From an uncultured Clostridia bacterium (GTDB lineage Bacteria; Bacillota; Clostridia; Oscillospirales; CAG-272): a stretch of 64,000 nt of DNA. The position numbers and the translations under genes were made by a program. The stretch covers positions 1,299-65,298 of the forward strand of contig CALWTT010000106.1 of NCBI GenBank assembly GCA_944384545.1, in the 5' to 3' direction. This document shows, piece by piece, positions 8,444-17,672 of the stretch. Every line of letters starts with the position of its first letter. Within the stretch, counting starts at the first letter, position 1. The notes under the pieces were generated by a model. The model searched no databases, was not told where the DNA came from, and worked only from the letters and a program-made list of their open reading frames with translations.

Positions 8444-9580
8444 TTGGAAAAGCATTCCGGAAAAAAAAGGAAGTTCAAACTTTTCGATACCCAACGCGAG
8501 GGCAAAGGCGTCAGCAAGGATGACGTCTATACAAAGCCCGATCTGAAAGGCTTCTTCATAAAATACAAACAAAGTTTCGGTCGCCTTTTATCCGTCAATC
8601 TGCTAATGGTTTTGGGCAATTTCCCTTTGCTTTTTGCCCTTTTGGCTTTGGCTCCCTTTTCACGGATTCCCTACACCACTCCGGCGTATGAATCCTTTCC
8701 TCTCCTTCGAGGGCTCCTTCTTCAGCAAACCGAAATTTCTGCCTCTACACTCGCAACCTTCGGCATGGAGGGCCTGCAAGTGGAGGCAAATGCCATGACA
8801 ACGGGTACCTATGTTCTTTTCGGACTTTCTTTGCTCGTGCTTTTTACCTTTGGTCTGGTCAATGCCGGCAGCACCTATATTCTGAGAAATATGGTGCGCG
8901 GAGATCCGGTCTTCATTCTTTCAGACTTCTTCTATGCCGTTCGTCGAAACTGGAAGCAGGCACTTCCCTTTGGGATCATCGATCTGATTATCCTGCTTTG
9001 GATTCCTTTTGATATCTACTATGTTCTGTCTTCTATGGACGGATTTTTCGGCACCATCATGTTCGGCGCCGTATTGGCAATTGGTCTCATTTACTTCTGG
9101 ATGCGATTCTATATTTATCTGCAAATGGTGACCTTCGACCTGTCACTGAAAAAATTGTTGAAAAATTCCCTGATTTTTGCCCTCCTCGGATTCAAAAGAA
9201 ATCTCATGGCAACGCTCGGAATTCTAACTCTTTTGTTGATTGTTTTCCTTCTGGCTTTCGGCTTCCAGGGAATTCTGTTCTCTACCGCCATCCTTCTTCC
9301 TCTTGTTCTGCTCTTTTCCAATGGCGCGTTTATGTCAACATATGCAGCTTATTACAAAATAAAAGAAATCATGATTGATCCCTATGTATCTCCGGAAGAC
9401 ACAGCCGATACAGACGGAAGCCTTCCGGAAGACGGGGAAAACACTGCCCTCCCGCCAGAAAACAATACGGACAACTCTTCCCCCATAGAAGAAACACCAT
9501 CCGCGCTTCCATCGATGGGATCCTCTTCCGATTTGCAGCCAGACATTCAACCGGATGCGGGCGACCCTTCTTCTCCGTAA
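8444..9580 (+). CDS. Membrane protein, probably YesL/DUF624 family, with acidic Pro/Ser-rich C-terminal tail
   Basis: 378-aa ORF with a TTG start and AAAAGGAG upstream. Multiple TM segments. The last ~75 aa are low complexity (PEDTADTDGSLPEDGENT...). Confidence 0.55.
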   Translation: MEKHSGKKRKFKLFDTQREGKGVSKDDVYTKPDLKGFFIKYKQSFGRLLSVNLLMVLGNFPLLFALLALAPFSRIPYTTPAYESFPLLRGLLLQQTEISASTLATFGMEGLQVEANAMTTGTYVLFGLSLLVLFTFGLVNAGSTYILRNMVRGDPVFILSDFFYAVRRNWKQALPFGIIDLIILLWIPFDIYYVLSSMDGFFGTIMFGAVLAIGLIYFWMRFYIYLQMVTFDLSLKKLLKNSLIFALLGFKRNLMATLGILTLLLIVFLLAFGFQGILFSTAILLPLVLLFSNGAFMSTYAAYYKIKEIMIDPYVSPEDTADTDGSLPEDGENTALPPENNTDNSSPIEETPSALPSMGSSSDLQPDIQPDAGDPSSP

Positions 9581-10296
9581 ATCAATTCTGATACTGTCAC
9601 AAACTGATACCCGCGCGCAAGCAGCGCGGGTATCAGTTTTTTCAATGCGGGAATTGTCTGACTTTCTCCGTTTACAAAGTCATGAAATAAGATAATATCT
9701 CCACCGGAGGAATGGTCTTCTACATGGCGGATAATTTCCATGGAAGAAGGATGCGCCCAATCCTTTGGATCCACACTCCATAAAATAGCAGTTTTGCCCG
9801 TGTCCTGCAAGAGAACCGGAAAATCCGATCCGTAAAATCCCTGCGGCGGGCGAAACAGAGTAACGTGGTCGCAACCGATCTTCTTCAGGACCGCATCGGT
9901 CTTTCGGATTTCTTGTGCGAGCATCGCACTGGTGGTATTCCGAAAAGGCGGATGGCTGTAGGTGTGATTTCCGATTTCATGCCCGGCGTTTACGACTTTT
10001 TTCGCTATTTCTGGATAGTATTCTACATTCTGCCCTATAAAGAAAAAGGTGGCTTTGATCTGATAAGAATCTAAAATTTCCAGAATTTTTTCGGTATACG
10101 AAGGATGCGGTCCGTCATCGAACGTAAAGGCAATTTTTTTTGCGGTGGCATCATTGCCGTGATAATAAATGACCTGACGTCCGGACGCACCGACTACCGG
10201 TACGCTGCATAAAACCAGCAAGAATAGGATCAGCAGAATAAAAGCGATCCAGCGGGAAACAGGAAGAGAATGGCGGTGCGGGATTTTGCTTCTCAT
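9547..10296 (-). CDS. Polysaccharide deacetylase family protein (NodB domain), membrane anchored
   Basis: ORF 9547..10305. FTFDDGP and HTYSH motifs. ATG 10296 forms an ATGA overlap with the pdaA stop. Confidence 0.85.
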   Translation of the reverse strand: MRSKIPHRHSLPVSRWIAFILLILFLLVLCSVPVVGASGRQVIYYHGNDATAKKIAFTFDDGPHPSYTEKILEILDSYQIKATFFFIGQNVEYYPEIAKKVVNAGHEIGNHTYSHPPFRNTTSAMLAQEIRKTDAVLKKIGCDHVTLFRPPQGFYGSDFPVLLQDTGKTAILWSVDPKDWAHPSSMEIIRHVEDHSSGGDIILFHDFVNGESQTIPALKKLIPALLARGYQFVTVSELIYGEEGSPASG

Positions 10297-11111
10297 TTGG
10301 AACACCTTTTCACCAATTCATCGAGGGTTCCGAACCGGTATCCCTGCTCTTTCAATGTGCGGATGATCTCCGGGAGAATCTCTGCATTGGTAGCAGATGT
10401 GGGATGAAGAAGCAAAATCGCTCCGTTATGAATATTGTCCAGAATTTTCTTTTTGGCAAAATCCACCGTTGGTTGGTCATCATTATCCCAATCCGCATAG
10501 GCAAAGCTCCAGAAAACAGTGGTATAGCCCAGTTCCTTGGCATACTCCAAATTGGCCTTGGAATACTTCCCCATAGGAGGCCGGTAATATTTGGACAGCA
10601 CCTTCCCTGTCGTTGCGCTGTACAGCTCTTCCAGACCTCGCAACTCGTTTACGAATGTCTCACGGTCACAGCAGGTCATATCCTTGTGATTCATGGTGTG
10701 ATTGCATACAAGATGTCCTTCCTCCGCCATGCGCCGTATCAGTTCCGGTTCGTCCTTTATAAGATGTTTCAGAACAAAAAATGCGGCAGGAACTTTTTCC
10801 TCTCGAAGCGTATCCAAAATACGTGCAATGTTTCCGTTTTCATATCCGGCATCAAAGGTAAGATACAGGATTTTCTCACCTTGTTCGCCGCCGCAACTTC
10901 TGTCCAGATAATAGGCGTCATATTTTTCAATATCCGACTGTTTGCTGTCGAGAACCGGCTGCTCATGCGCCGTATTTCTCTTGATATACCAACTCATCGC
11001 TTCCTGACTGTCGCCGACAGAGCTTGCATCCACGGATAGAAAGCAGGAAGACAGCAAGAATACGGACAAGACCAGACATATGCCAGTCGTGATTTTGATT
11101 GCTTTTTTCAT
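10293..11111 (-). CDS. pdaA: Delta-lactam-biosynthetic de-N-acetylase PdaA-like polysaccharide deacetylase (lipoprotein)
   Basis: 272-aa ORF. Lipobox LLSSC. The LTFDAGYENGN motif is characteristic of PdaA. Confidence 0.75.
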   Translation of the reverse strand: MKKAIKITTGICLVLSVFLLSSCFLSVDASSVGDSQEAMSWYIKRNTAHEQPVLDSKQSDIEKYDAYYLDRSCGGEQGEKILYLTFDAGYENGNIARILDTLREEKVPAAFFVLKHLIKDEPELIRRMAEEGHLVCNHTMNHKDMTCCDRETFVNELRGLEELYSATTGKVLSKYYRPPMGKYSKANLEYAKELGYTTVFWSFAYADWDNDDQPTVDFAKKKILDNIHNGAILLLHPTSATNAEILPEIIRTLKEQGYRFGTLDELVKRCSK

Positions 11112-11211
11112 TCTATTTCTCCGTTTGTGTGAGTCATTCTGCTCTTATTTTCTGCGCTTCTATCCGATTTACTCAGGCAATCTGCGGCTTTTCTGTCTGA
11201 AAATTACAAGG

Positions 11212-11254
11212 AAAAATGCCGAAGACAATGCATTATCCATTGTCTCCGGCATTT
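11212..11254 (-). terminator. Rho-independent terminator after rpsU
   Basis: Minus strand: AAATGCCGGAGACAATG-loop-CATTGTCTTCGGCATTT followed by TTTTC. Confidence 0.8.
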
Positions 11255-11269
11255 ATTGCAAGGATATTC

Positions 11270-11446
11270 TTATTTGTACTTGCGCTTGCGAGCCGCTTCC
11301 GACTTCTTCTTGCGTCTGACGCTCGGCTTCTCATAGCATTCTCTTTTCCGCAGTTCGGTCGGAACACCGGACTTTACGTACTGACGCTTGAACCGACGCA
11401 GAGCGCTGTCCAGCGTTTCATTTTCTTTTACTCTGACTTCTGCCAT
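11270..11446 (-). CDS. rpsU: 30S ribosomal protein S21
   Basis: 58 aa, below the ORF-track cutoff. Manual translation gives [67 protein letters not shown]. Confidence 0.92.
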   Translation of the reverse strand: MAEVRVKENETLDSALRRFKRQYVKSGVPTELRKRECYEKPSVRRKKKSEAARKRKYK

Positions 11447-11504
11447 CCCAATATCCCTCCCTTCGCATGTGCAAAGAGCTTAAAATCTCCTGACATTCCT
11501 CTAT

Positions 11505-11533
11505 ATTATATCGTTTTTCTTTTGGTTTGTCAA
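11505..11533 (-). promoter_or_regulatory. Consensus sigma-A promoter for rpsU (TTGACA-17-TATAAT)
   Basis: Read directly on the minus strand. Confidence 0.7.
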
Positions 11534-11593
11534 GTACTTTTTTCCTGTGCAAGCCAGGAAATATTTCATTTTATGGGCAATCGGATTTTTCCC

Positions 11594-13996
11594 TTAGCGT
11601 AGAACCAAATTGACAATTTTTCCTGGCACCACGATCTCCTTGACAACGGTTTTTCCCTCCAACATTGCCTGGATGCGCGGTTCTGCTTTCGCAGCCGCAA
11701 GGGCGGCCTCCCGTGAGGCATCTTTATCCAGTATCACCGTGGCGCGCAGTTTCCCATTGATCTGTACTGCTACCTCAATCGTAGCGTCCACCGTTTTTGC
11801 TTCATCGTATTCCGGCCATGCAGCTTGTGCACACAGACCTTCTCCGCCCATACGGCTATACAGCTCCTCGCACAAATGTGGTGCGAACGGGCAAAGAAGA
11901 CGGATGAATACCATATAATCCTCACGAGATATATGTTTTTCCTCCGATACCGTATTGATCAGGCTCATCATCGCGGCGATGGCTGTATTGAATTTCATCT
12001 CCTCAATGTCTGCATCCACCTTACGGATGGTTTTATGCAATGCACTTTCCACCTCAGGTGAAGATGGCTCATCGGTAGTCAGTTCGTAAAGATCCGCAAA
12101 GCGCTCAAGAAATCGCTTACATCCCTTCACACCGGTCTCTGACCACGGAGCGGCGCTGGCATAATCCCCCATAAACAATATATATGTCCGGAGAACATCT
12201 GCGCCGTATACATCCACTACTTCGTTGGGATCTACCACATTTCCCTTGGATTTGCTCATTTTTTCCCCGTCCGGTCCCAGGATCAGACCCTGCGCGGTTC
12301 GCTTGGCATAGGGCTCCCGTGTCGGCACCTCGCCGATATCATACAGAAAACGGTGCCAGAAACGGGAATAAATCATGTGACGGGTTACATGCTCCATTCC
12401 TCCGTTGTACCAGTCCACCGGCAACCAATACTTCAATTTGTCCGCGTCGGCAAAGCAGGTGTCGTTGTGCGGATCCACATAACGGAGAAAATACCAGGAA
12501 GACCCCGCCCACTGCGGCATGGTATCGGTTTCCCGCCGGGCGTCCCGCCCGCACCGCGGACATTTGCAATGGACAAATTCGGGGATTTTTGCCAACGGGC
12601 TCTCTCCGCCTTCCCCAGGCGAGAACTCTTTGACATCCGGAAGACGCAAAGGAAGCTCCTCATACGGTACCGGCACTATGCCACAATGCGCACAATGTAC
12701 AATCGGAATTGGCTCGCCCCAATAGCGCTGCCGGTTAAAGGCCCAGTCCTTCATTTTATACTGCACGCCAGCTTCTCCGATTCCCTTTTCTTCTAAGTAC
12801 GCAAGCATGCGGGCAATCGCATCTTTTTTGTTTGTGATTCCGTCCAGGAAGCCGGAATGGATCATCCTTCCGTCGCCGGTATAAGCTGCTATACGGATGT
12901 CGCCGCCTTCTATAACCGGAAGGATCCGAAGACCGAATTTCCTGGCAAATGCATAGTCACGTTCGTCGTGCGCAGGAACAGCCATGATCGCCCCGGTCCC
13001 ATATCCCATCATAACATAATCGGCAATAAAGACCGGAATTCCCTCGCCGGAAACCGGATTGACCGCCGTAATTCCCTGCAGGCATACGCCGGTTTTTTCT
13101 TTTGCCAGTTGCGTGCGCTCAAACTCGGTCTTCTTCTGGCAGGCCTCCTGATAGGCTTTCACTTCCTCCATGTTGCGGATCCTGTCACGCAATTTTTCCA
13201 GCAACGGATGCTCCGGTGCAATGACCATAAAGGTAACGCCAAACAGAGTGTCCGGTCTTGTCGTATAAATGCGCAGTTGCTCCTCGCTGTCCTGAATCCG
13301 GAAATTCACAAAAGCACCGGTGGATTTTCCGATCCAGTTTTCCTGCTGCAGACGTACATTGGGCAGATAATCCACCTCATCCAACCCCTGCAACAGCTTG
13401 TCCGCATACGCGGTAATCCGCAAATACCAAACATCTTTTGACTTCTGTATAATTTCGCTTTTACAGATATCGCAATGTCCCCCCTGGGAATCCTCATTCG
13501 AAAGAACCACCTTGCAACTGGGGCAGTAATTTACCAGAGCGGTATCCCGAAAAACCAGTCCGTGCTCAAAAAGTTTCAGAAAAATGTACTGTGTCCATTT
13601 ATAATAGGATTCCTGTGTGGTATCGATGACACGCGACCAGTCAAAGGAAAATCCGACACGCTGGAGTTGCTCGGTAAACTTCCGTATATTCCGATCGGTC
13701 ACCTCCCGCGGGTGAATTCCGGTTTTGATGGCGTAATTTTCTGTCGGCAGACCGTAAGCGTCAAATCCGATCGGAAACAGAACATTGTACCCCTGCATAC
13801 GTCGCTTGCGGGAAATCACCTCGAGCCCGGCATAGGCCTTGATGTGTCCCACATGCATCCCTGCACCGCTCGGATACGGAAATTCTACCAGGCCATAGAA
13901 TTTCGGCTTGTCACTTTTGTCCTGGGCTGCAAATACCCCGGCCTCTTCCCATTTCTTCTGCCACTTTGGTTCAATCTGTTTCGGATCGTATTTCAT
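11594..13996 (-). CDS. leuS: Leucine--tRNA ligase
   Basis: 800-aa ORF. HIGH-type motif (PSGAGMHVGH) and KMSKS present. Confidence 0.97.
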   Translation of the reverse strand: MKYDPKQIEPKWQKKWEEAGVFAAQDKSDKPKFYGLVEFPYPSGAGMHVGHIKAYAGLEVISRKRRMQGYNVLFPIGFDAYGLPTENYAIKTGIHPREVTDRNIRKFTEQLQRVGFSFDWSRVIDTTQESYYKWTQYIFLKLFEHGLVFRDTALVNYCPSCKVVLSNEDSQGGHCDICKSEIIQKSKDVWYLRITAYADKLLQGLDEVDYLPNVRLQQENWIGKSTGAFVNFRIQDSEEQLRIYTTRPDTLFGVTFMVIAPEHPLLEKLRDRIRNMEEVKAYQEACQKKTEFERTQLAKEKTGVCLQGITAVNPVSGEGIPVFIADYVMMGYGTGAIMAVPAHDERDYAFARKFGLRILPVIEGGDIRIAAYTGDGRMIHSGFLDGITNKKDAIARMLAYLEEKGIGEAGVQYKMKDWAFNRQRYWGEPIPIVHCAHCGIVPVPYEELPLRLPDVKEFSPGEGGESPLAKIPEFVHCKCPRCGRDARRETDTMPQWAGSSWYFLRYVDPHNDTCFADADKLKYWLPVDWYNGGMEHVTRHMIYSRFWHRFLYDIGEVPTREPYAKRTAQGLILGPDGEKMSKSKGNVVDPNEVVDVYGADVLRTYILFMGDYASAAPWSETGVKGCKRFLERFADLYELTTDEPSSPEVESALHKTIRKVDADIEEMKFNTAIAAMMSLINTVSEEKHISREDYMVFIRLLCPFAPHLCEELYSRMGGEGLCAQAAWPEYDEAKTVDATIEVAVQINGKLRATVILDKDASREAALAAAKAEPRIQAMLEGKTVVKEIVVPGKIVNLVLR

Positions 13997-14454
13997 TCCT
14001 CGGTATCTCCTTCTCCTTTTATGGTCCTGTCTGCCTCCTCAAACAATTCCTGCAACCCGATCTCTCCGGAAGGATTCAGCAGACGTTCCAGATTGTAATA
14101 TTCGCGTGCTTCGTGTGAAAAAATATGCACCAGTACGCTTCCGAAATCGATCAGAAGCCATTCATTTCCTTCCAGACCTTCGGTGCGGTAGGAAGAAATA
14201 CCTTTTTGATGTAACCGGTAAATTGCCTCGTCGGCAAGCGCACGCATATGTGTAACAGAGCGCCCAACCGCAATGACATAATAATCGGCAATCACCGTGG
14301 TATCATCCACGCGAAAAAGACGGATATTCTCCCCTTTCTTTCGGTAGAGAGCAACCGCGGCTTCCTCCGCAATGCCAAGCGAATTCACGGGGCTGAGCAT
14401 AGGGGCCGCGGCGGAAGATTCTGTCCGCCGCGGTTCATTGGTTCGACTTTCCAT
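13993..14454 (-). CDS. rsfS: Ribosome silencing factor RsfS (iojap family) with N- and C-terminal extensions
   Basis: 153-aa ORF. Core ..DYYVIAVGRSVTHMRALADE..WLLIDFGSVLVHIF. 4-nt overlap with the leuS start. Confidence 0.85.
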   Translation of the reverse strand: MESRTNEPRRTESSAAAPMLSPVNSLGIAEEAAVALYRKKGENIRLFRVDDTTVIADYYVIAVGRSVTHMRALADEAIYRLHQKGISSYRTEGLEGNEWLLIDFGSVLVHIFSHEAREYYNLERLLNPSGEIGLQELFEEADRTIKGEGDTEE

Positions 14455-14458
14455 GCTG

Positions 14459-15481
14459 TTATTTCTCCAATATTTTCAGATTTTTCAGATCTTTTTCCGA
14501 ATAATAACGGATGTCGTATCCGTTTGCATAGTATATATTTTCAAAATGCGTTTTTTCGTTAACGAATCGGCCTTCCGGATCAAAGTTTTCCCGGGAAATT
14601 TCCGTAGAAAAACAAGTGTGCAGGAGCTCTGCCGTTGCTTCGCGATTTATAACGTAATACCATGTTCCCGTATTTTCCTGTTCCCGTGTTGCCTCGCCGG
14701 GAAGCGAAACAAAAATCTTTTCGACATCGTTTCGGTGCGTGTAAAAATCCGTAATGACCGGCAGTAAATTTTTACCGCCATACGACACAAGAACTCCTTT
14801 TGGCGGTTGCAACGCCAGCTCAAGCACCCGCATAGGTGTCATCTGTTCCGCCGCCTGACGGAGAAAAGCGGCAAGAAAAAGTTTCTGTGCATCGATTCTC
14901 CCAAGATCCCCCTCAGCATACCCGCTTCGGTACCGGACGTATTGCAATGCCTGATCTCCTGTCAACCGCACATCACCGGCCGGCAAGGAAATGTGCAGAT
15001 CCTGGGACGGGTCGTCATACGACAATGCGCTCGGCAAAGACATGCGCACCCCACCGATTTCGTCAATCAACTGAGAAACTGCCGAAAGATGCACCGCCGC
15101 GCATCCGTCAATCCGGATCTGCAAAGCCTCGGAAAGAACCGACGCCGTCTGACGCGCCGCACTTGCTTCGTCTGCTCCTGCAAGGAGACAGGAAGCATAT
15201 ATATGATTCAGTTTGGGCAGGCCTTCTCCGCTTTCCATATACGTGTCCCGCGGCAGCTGCAGGAGTACAAGGCGATGATCCGAAACCGTATACCGTACAA
15301 GCAGATTCATATCGGTATTGGACGCCGCCTCGTCCAGTCCCAGAATCAAAAAGGTCACGTCCGATGCAGCAGACTCATCTCCGTTCCCAACCATGCCTAA
15401 ACGGTGAGCGATCAGAAGTCCTGTCCCACCTGCCAGAAATACGGTCAATGCCAGAAAAAACACAATGACTCTTTTTTTCAT
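14459..15481 (-). CDS. LCP (LytR-CpsA-Psr) family protein
   Basis: 340-aa ORF. N-terminal TM segment. LILGLDE..NTDMNLL..LPRDTY motifs. Confidence 0.8.
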   Translation of the reverse strand: MKKRVIVFFLALTVFLAGGTGLLIAHRLGMVGNGDESAASDVTFLILGLDEAASNTDMNLLVRYTVSDHRLVLLQLPRDTYMESGEGLPKLNHIYASCLLAGADEASAARQTASVLSEALQIRIDGCAAVHLSAVSQLIDEIGGVRMSLPSALSYDDPSQDLHISLPAGDVRLTGDQALQYVRYRSGYAEGDLGRIDAQKLFLAAFLRQAAEQMTPMRVLELALQPPKGVLVSYGGKNLLPVITDFYTHRNDVEKIFVSLPGEATREQENTGTWYYVINREATAELLHTCFSTEISRENFDPEGRFVNEKTHFENIYYANGYDIRYYSEKDLKNLKILEK

Positions 15482-15531
15482 ATAAAACGCAGCTCCAACA
15501 TTTTTTGTTAGTCTGCGTTAAACCGCGCGCG

Positions 15532-16179
15532 TTATACGGATGCAAATTTTTCAAGCAGTGCGTTCCTTGCATCCACCGTCTCCGGCGCAATCGCTGCTTC
15601 CTCGCGGATCAGACAGGAAACGGTCATATCATAGGAAGTCAACAGGATCCGGTCGAGATGCTCAAGAAGCTTGGCTTTGTCGGTTCCGATGCCGGCATAG
15701 CCCTGCCAGAAAAGTGCACGTAGCTTCACGCAATCCGGAAAGGTCCGCGTATCATCGATATAGTCCGCAAGATACAGCAACTTGGCAAACAGGGACATAT
15801 CCCGTGCACCGGTAGTATGCTTGCGTATGGCATCCAGCACGTCCTGCGTAGCATACTCCGGATAAAATTCTGCAATAACAGGACAGGCGGTTTTTGCGTG
15901 AAAGGTCTTCGGAGATATCCGGTCTGCGGCTGTAACAGGAATGGAATACTGTGCACAGAGAGCAAGCTGTTCTTCCACCGAACGCTCTTTGGTAATATCA
16001 TGCAGAAGCGCCGCAGCGCGCAACTCCTGGATACGGTCCGGTAGATAGATCTCCCCAAGACGCGCAATTTCTCTTTCTACGCCCAGCGTATGCCGGTATC
16101 GCTTCTCGCTCATACCGGTTCCGACACGCTGCCGTAATGTATCCAGCATTTCTTCGTTTATTTCCGATAAAGATGACAT
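15532..16179 (-). CDS. yqeK: Bis(5'-nucleosyl)-tetraphosphatase (symmetrical) YqeK, HD domain
   Basis: 215-aa ORF. RYRHTLGV..LHDITKE HD motif. Located downstream of nadD, as in Bacillus. Confidence 0.85.
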   Translation of the reverse strand: MSSLSEINEEMLDTLRQRVGTGMSEKRYRHTLGVEREIARLGEIYLPDRIQELRAAALLHDITKERSVEEQLALCAQYSIPVTAADRISPKTFHAKTACPVIAEFYPEYATQDVLDAIRKHTTGARDMSLFAKLLYLADYIDDTRTFPDCVKLRALFWQGYAGIGTDKAKLLEHLDRILLTSYDMTVSCLIREEAAIAPETVDARNALLEKFASV

Positions 16180-16757
16180 TGATCAATATACCTCCTTACC
16201 TTCGGATTCAGATACCGGGTTGTATCCTCCCCCTTTGCAACCGACGTCCGGAGAATCGAAGAGGAAATTTCTACGGGAGTAAAGGCCAGCGGTCGGACCG
16301 TTGCACCATATCGGGTACGGTAAAAATTCGCTTTCACGGAAAGCCGCGCTTGTTCGGCATTGTTTTGGCGCTCCGCATACACGATTTCTGCAAGGCGGAA
16401 AATTTCCGGCGCACAATACCAGGTATCCAACGAAAGGAACATATCCGCACCGCAAAGAAGAATGGAGGTATCTTCATCGCATGCCAGCTCCCGCAATGTC
16501 AGAACCGTATAACTCTTTCCTCCGCGGCGAATTTCCATATCACTCACCGTAACGGAAGGAAGTTCGGCAAAAGCGAGGCGACACATCTCCATACGATTCT
16601 CCGGAGTGGCATCTCCGGACAGAAGTTTATGCGGTGGAACACAGGCAGGGATGATCAGCATGCGATCCGGCTTTTCCTGCGCCAGAAAAGCCGAAACCGC
16701 GTGAAAGTGCCCCATGTGCGGCGGAGAAAAGGTCCCACCGTAAATTCCAATCCGCAT
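16158..16757 (-). CDS. nadD: Nicotinate-nucleotide adenylyltransferase
   Basis: ORF 16158..16811. MRIGIYGGTFSPPHMGH is the typical N-terminus. ATG 16757 follows the upstream stop at 16762. Confidence 0.9.
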   Translation of the reverse strand: MRIGIYGGTFSPPHMGHFHAVSAFLAQEKPDRMLIIPACVPPHKLLSGDATPENRMEMCRLAFAELPSVTVSDMEIRRGGKSYTVLTLRELACDEDTSILLCGADMFLSLDTWYCAPEIFRLAEIVYAERQNNAEQARLSVKANFYRTRYGATVRPLAFTPVEISSSILRTSVAKGEDTTRYLNPKVRRYIDQCHLYRK

Positions 16758-16761
16758 ACAG

Positions 16762-17670
16762 TTACTCCAAAACGATCCGCGGGTTGGATTTGGACGGACG
16801 GTACAGCACAAATCTTCGCCCGACTACCGAGATTACCGCAGCACCGCAGGTGACTGCCAGAAGTTCCGCTGCCTCCCCGGCATCGTACAGAGAATTTTCC
16901 AGCACCGAAACCTTAATGAGTTCACGCGCCTCCAATGCATTGGAGATCTGCCGACATGTTTCTCCGGAAATCCCGTTTTTCCCAATCTGAAAAATGGGGG
17001 AAAAGTCGTTGGCGAGTGAGCGGAGAGCAGCACGGTTCTTTCCGGACAGTGCCAGGCGATTCTTTTCTGCAAAAGCGGTAAAGCGGTTACCGAACGCGCG
17101 GATGGCCTTGCCTCTGTGGCTGACCATATTCTTCTCCTCGGGCGTCATTTCTGCAAAGGTTTTATCGGCAGGCGGATAGAAAAACAGCGGATCGTACCCG
17201 AAGCCGCCCCCCCCGCGATAGTCGGACAAAATTCGTCCTTCACAGGATTTTTCTACGGAGATTTCCCGCCCGTCCGGGAAAACGCAAACGATGGCACAAA
17301 CATACCGGCCGCTGCGCTCCTTCTCGGGGATCTCCGAAAGCGATGCCAGCAATTTCCGATTGTTGTTTTCATCATTGCTTGGCTCTCCTGCATACCGCGC
17401 CGAATATATCCCAGGTGCACCGCCAAGGCTATCCACGCACAGGCCGGAATCGTCCGCAATCCCAATATAGCCGAGCCGTGCAGGAACCGAGGCCTTGATA
17501 CGCGCATTGGCAACAAAGCTGTCTCCGTTCTCTTCTATTTCCTCAGAAAATCCGATATCTTCCAGAGAAAGCACTTCCACCTCCGAAAGTGCTCCTCCCT
17601 GCGCGCGGAGGAGCGTGCGCATTTCCGCCATTTTCTTTTTGTTTCGGGATGCCAGTACGATCTTCATCAT
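16762..17670 (-). CDS. Fusion protein: RdgB/HAM1 non-canonical purine NTP pyrophosphatase (N-terminal) + YhbY/CRM RNA-binding domain (C-terminal)
   Basis: 302-aa continuous ORF. Residues 1-200 match RdgB (KIVLASRNKKK.., GFGYDPLF, SHRG). Residues ~205-302 match YhbY (IFQIGKNGIS.., ELIKV.., VGRRFVLYRPS). Confidence 0.8.
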   Translation of the reverse strand: MMKIVLASRNKKKMAEMRTLLRAQGGALSEVEVLSLEDIGFSEEIEENGDSFVANARIKASVPARLGYIGIADDSGLCVDSLGGAPGIYSARYAGEPSNDENNNRKLLASLSEIPEKERSGRYVCAIVCVFPDGREISVEKSCEGRILSDYRGGGGFGYDPLFFYPPADKTFAEMTPEEKNMVSHRGKAIRAFGNRFTAFAEKNRLALSGKNRAALRSLANDFSPIFQIGKNGISGETCRQISNALEARELIKVSVLENSLYDAGEAAELLAVTCGAAVISVVGRRFVLYRPSKSNPRIVLE

Positions 17671-17672
17671 AA

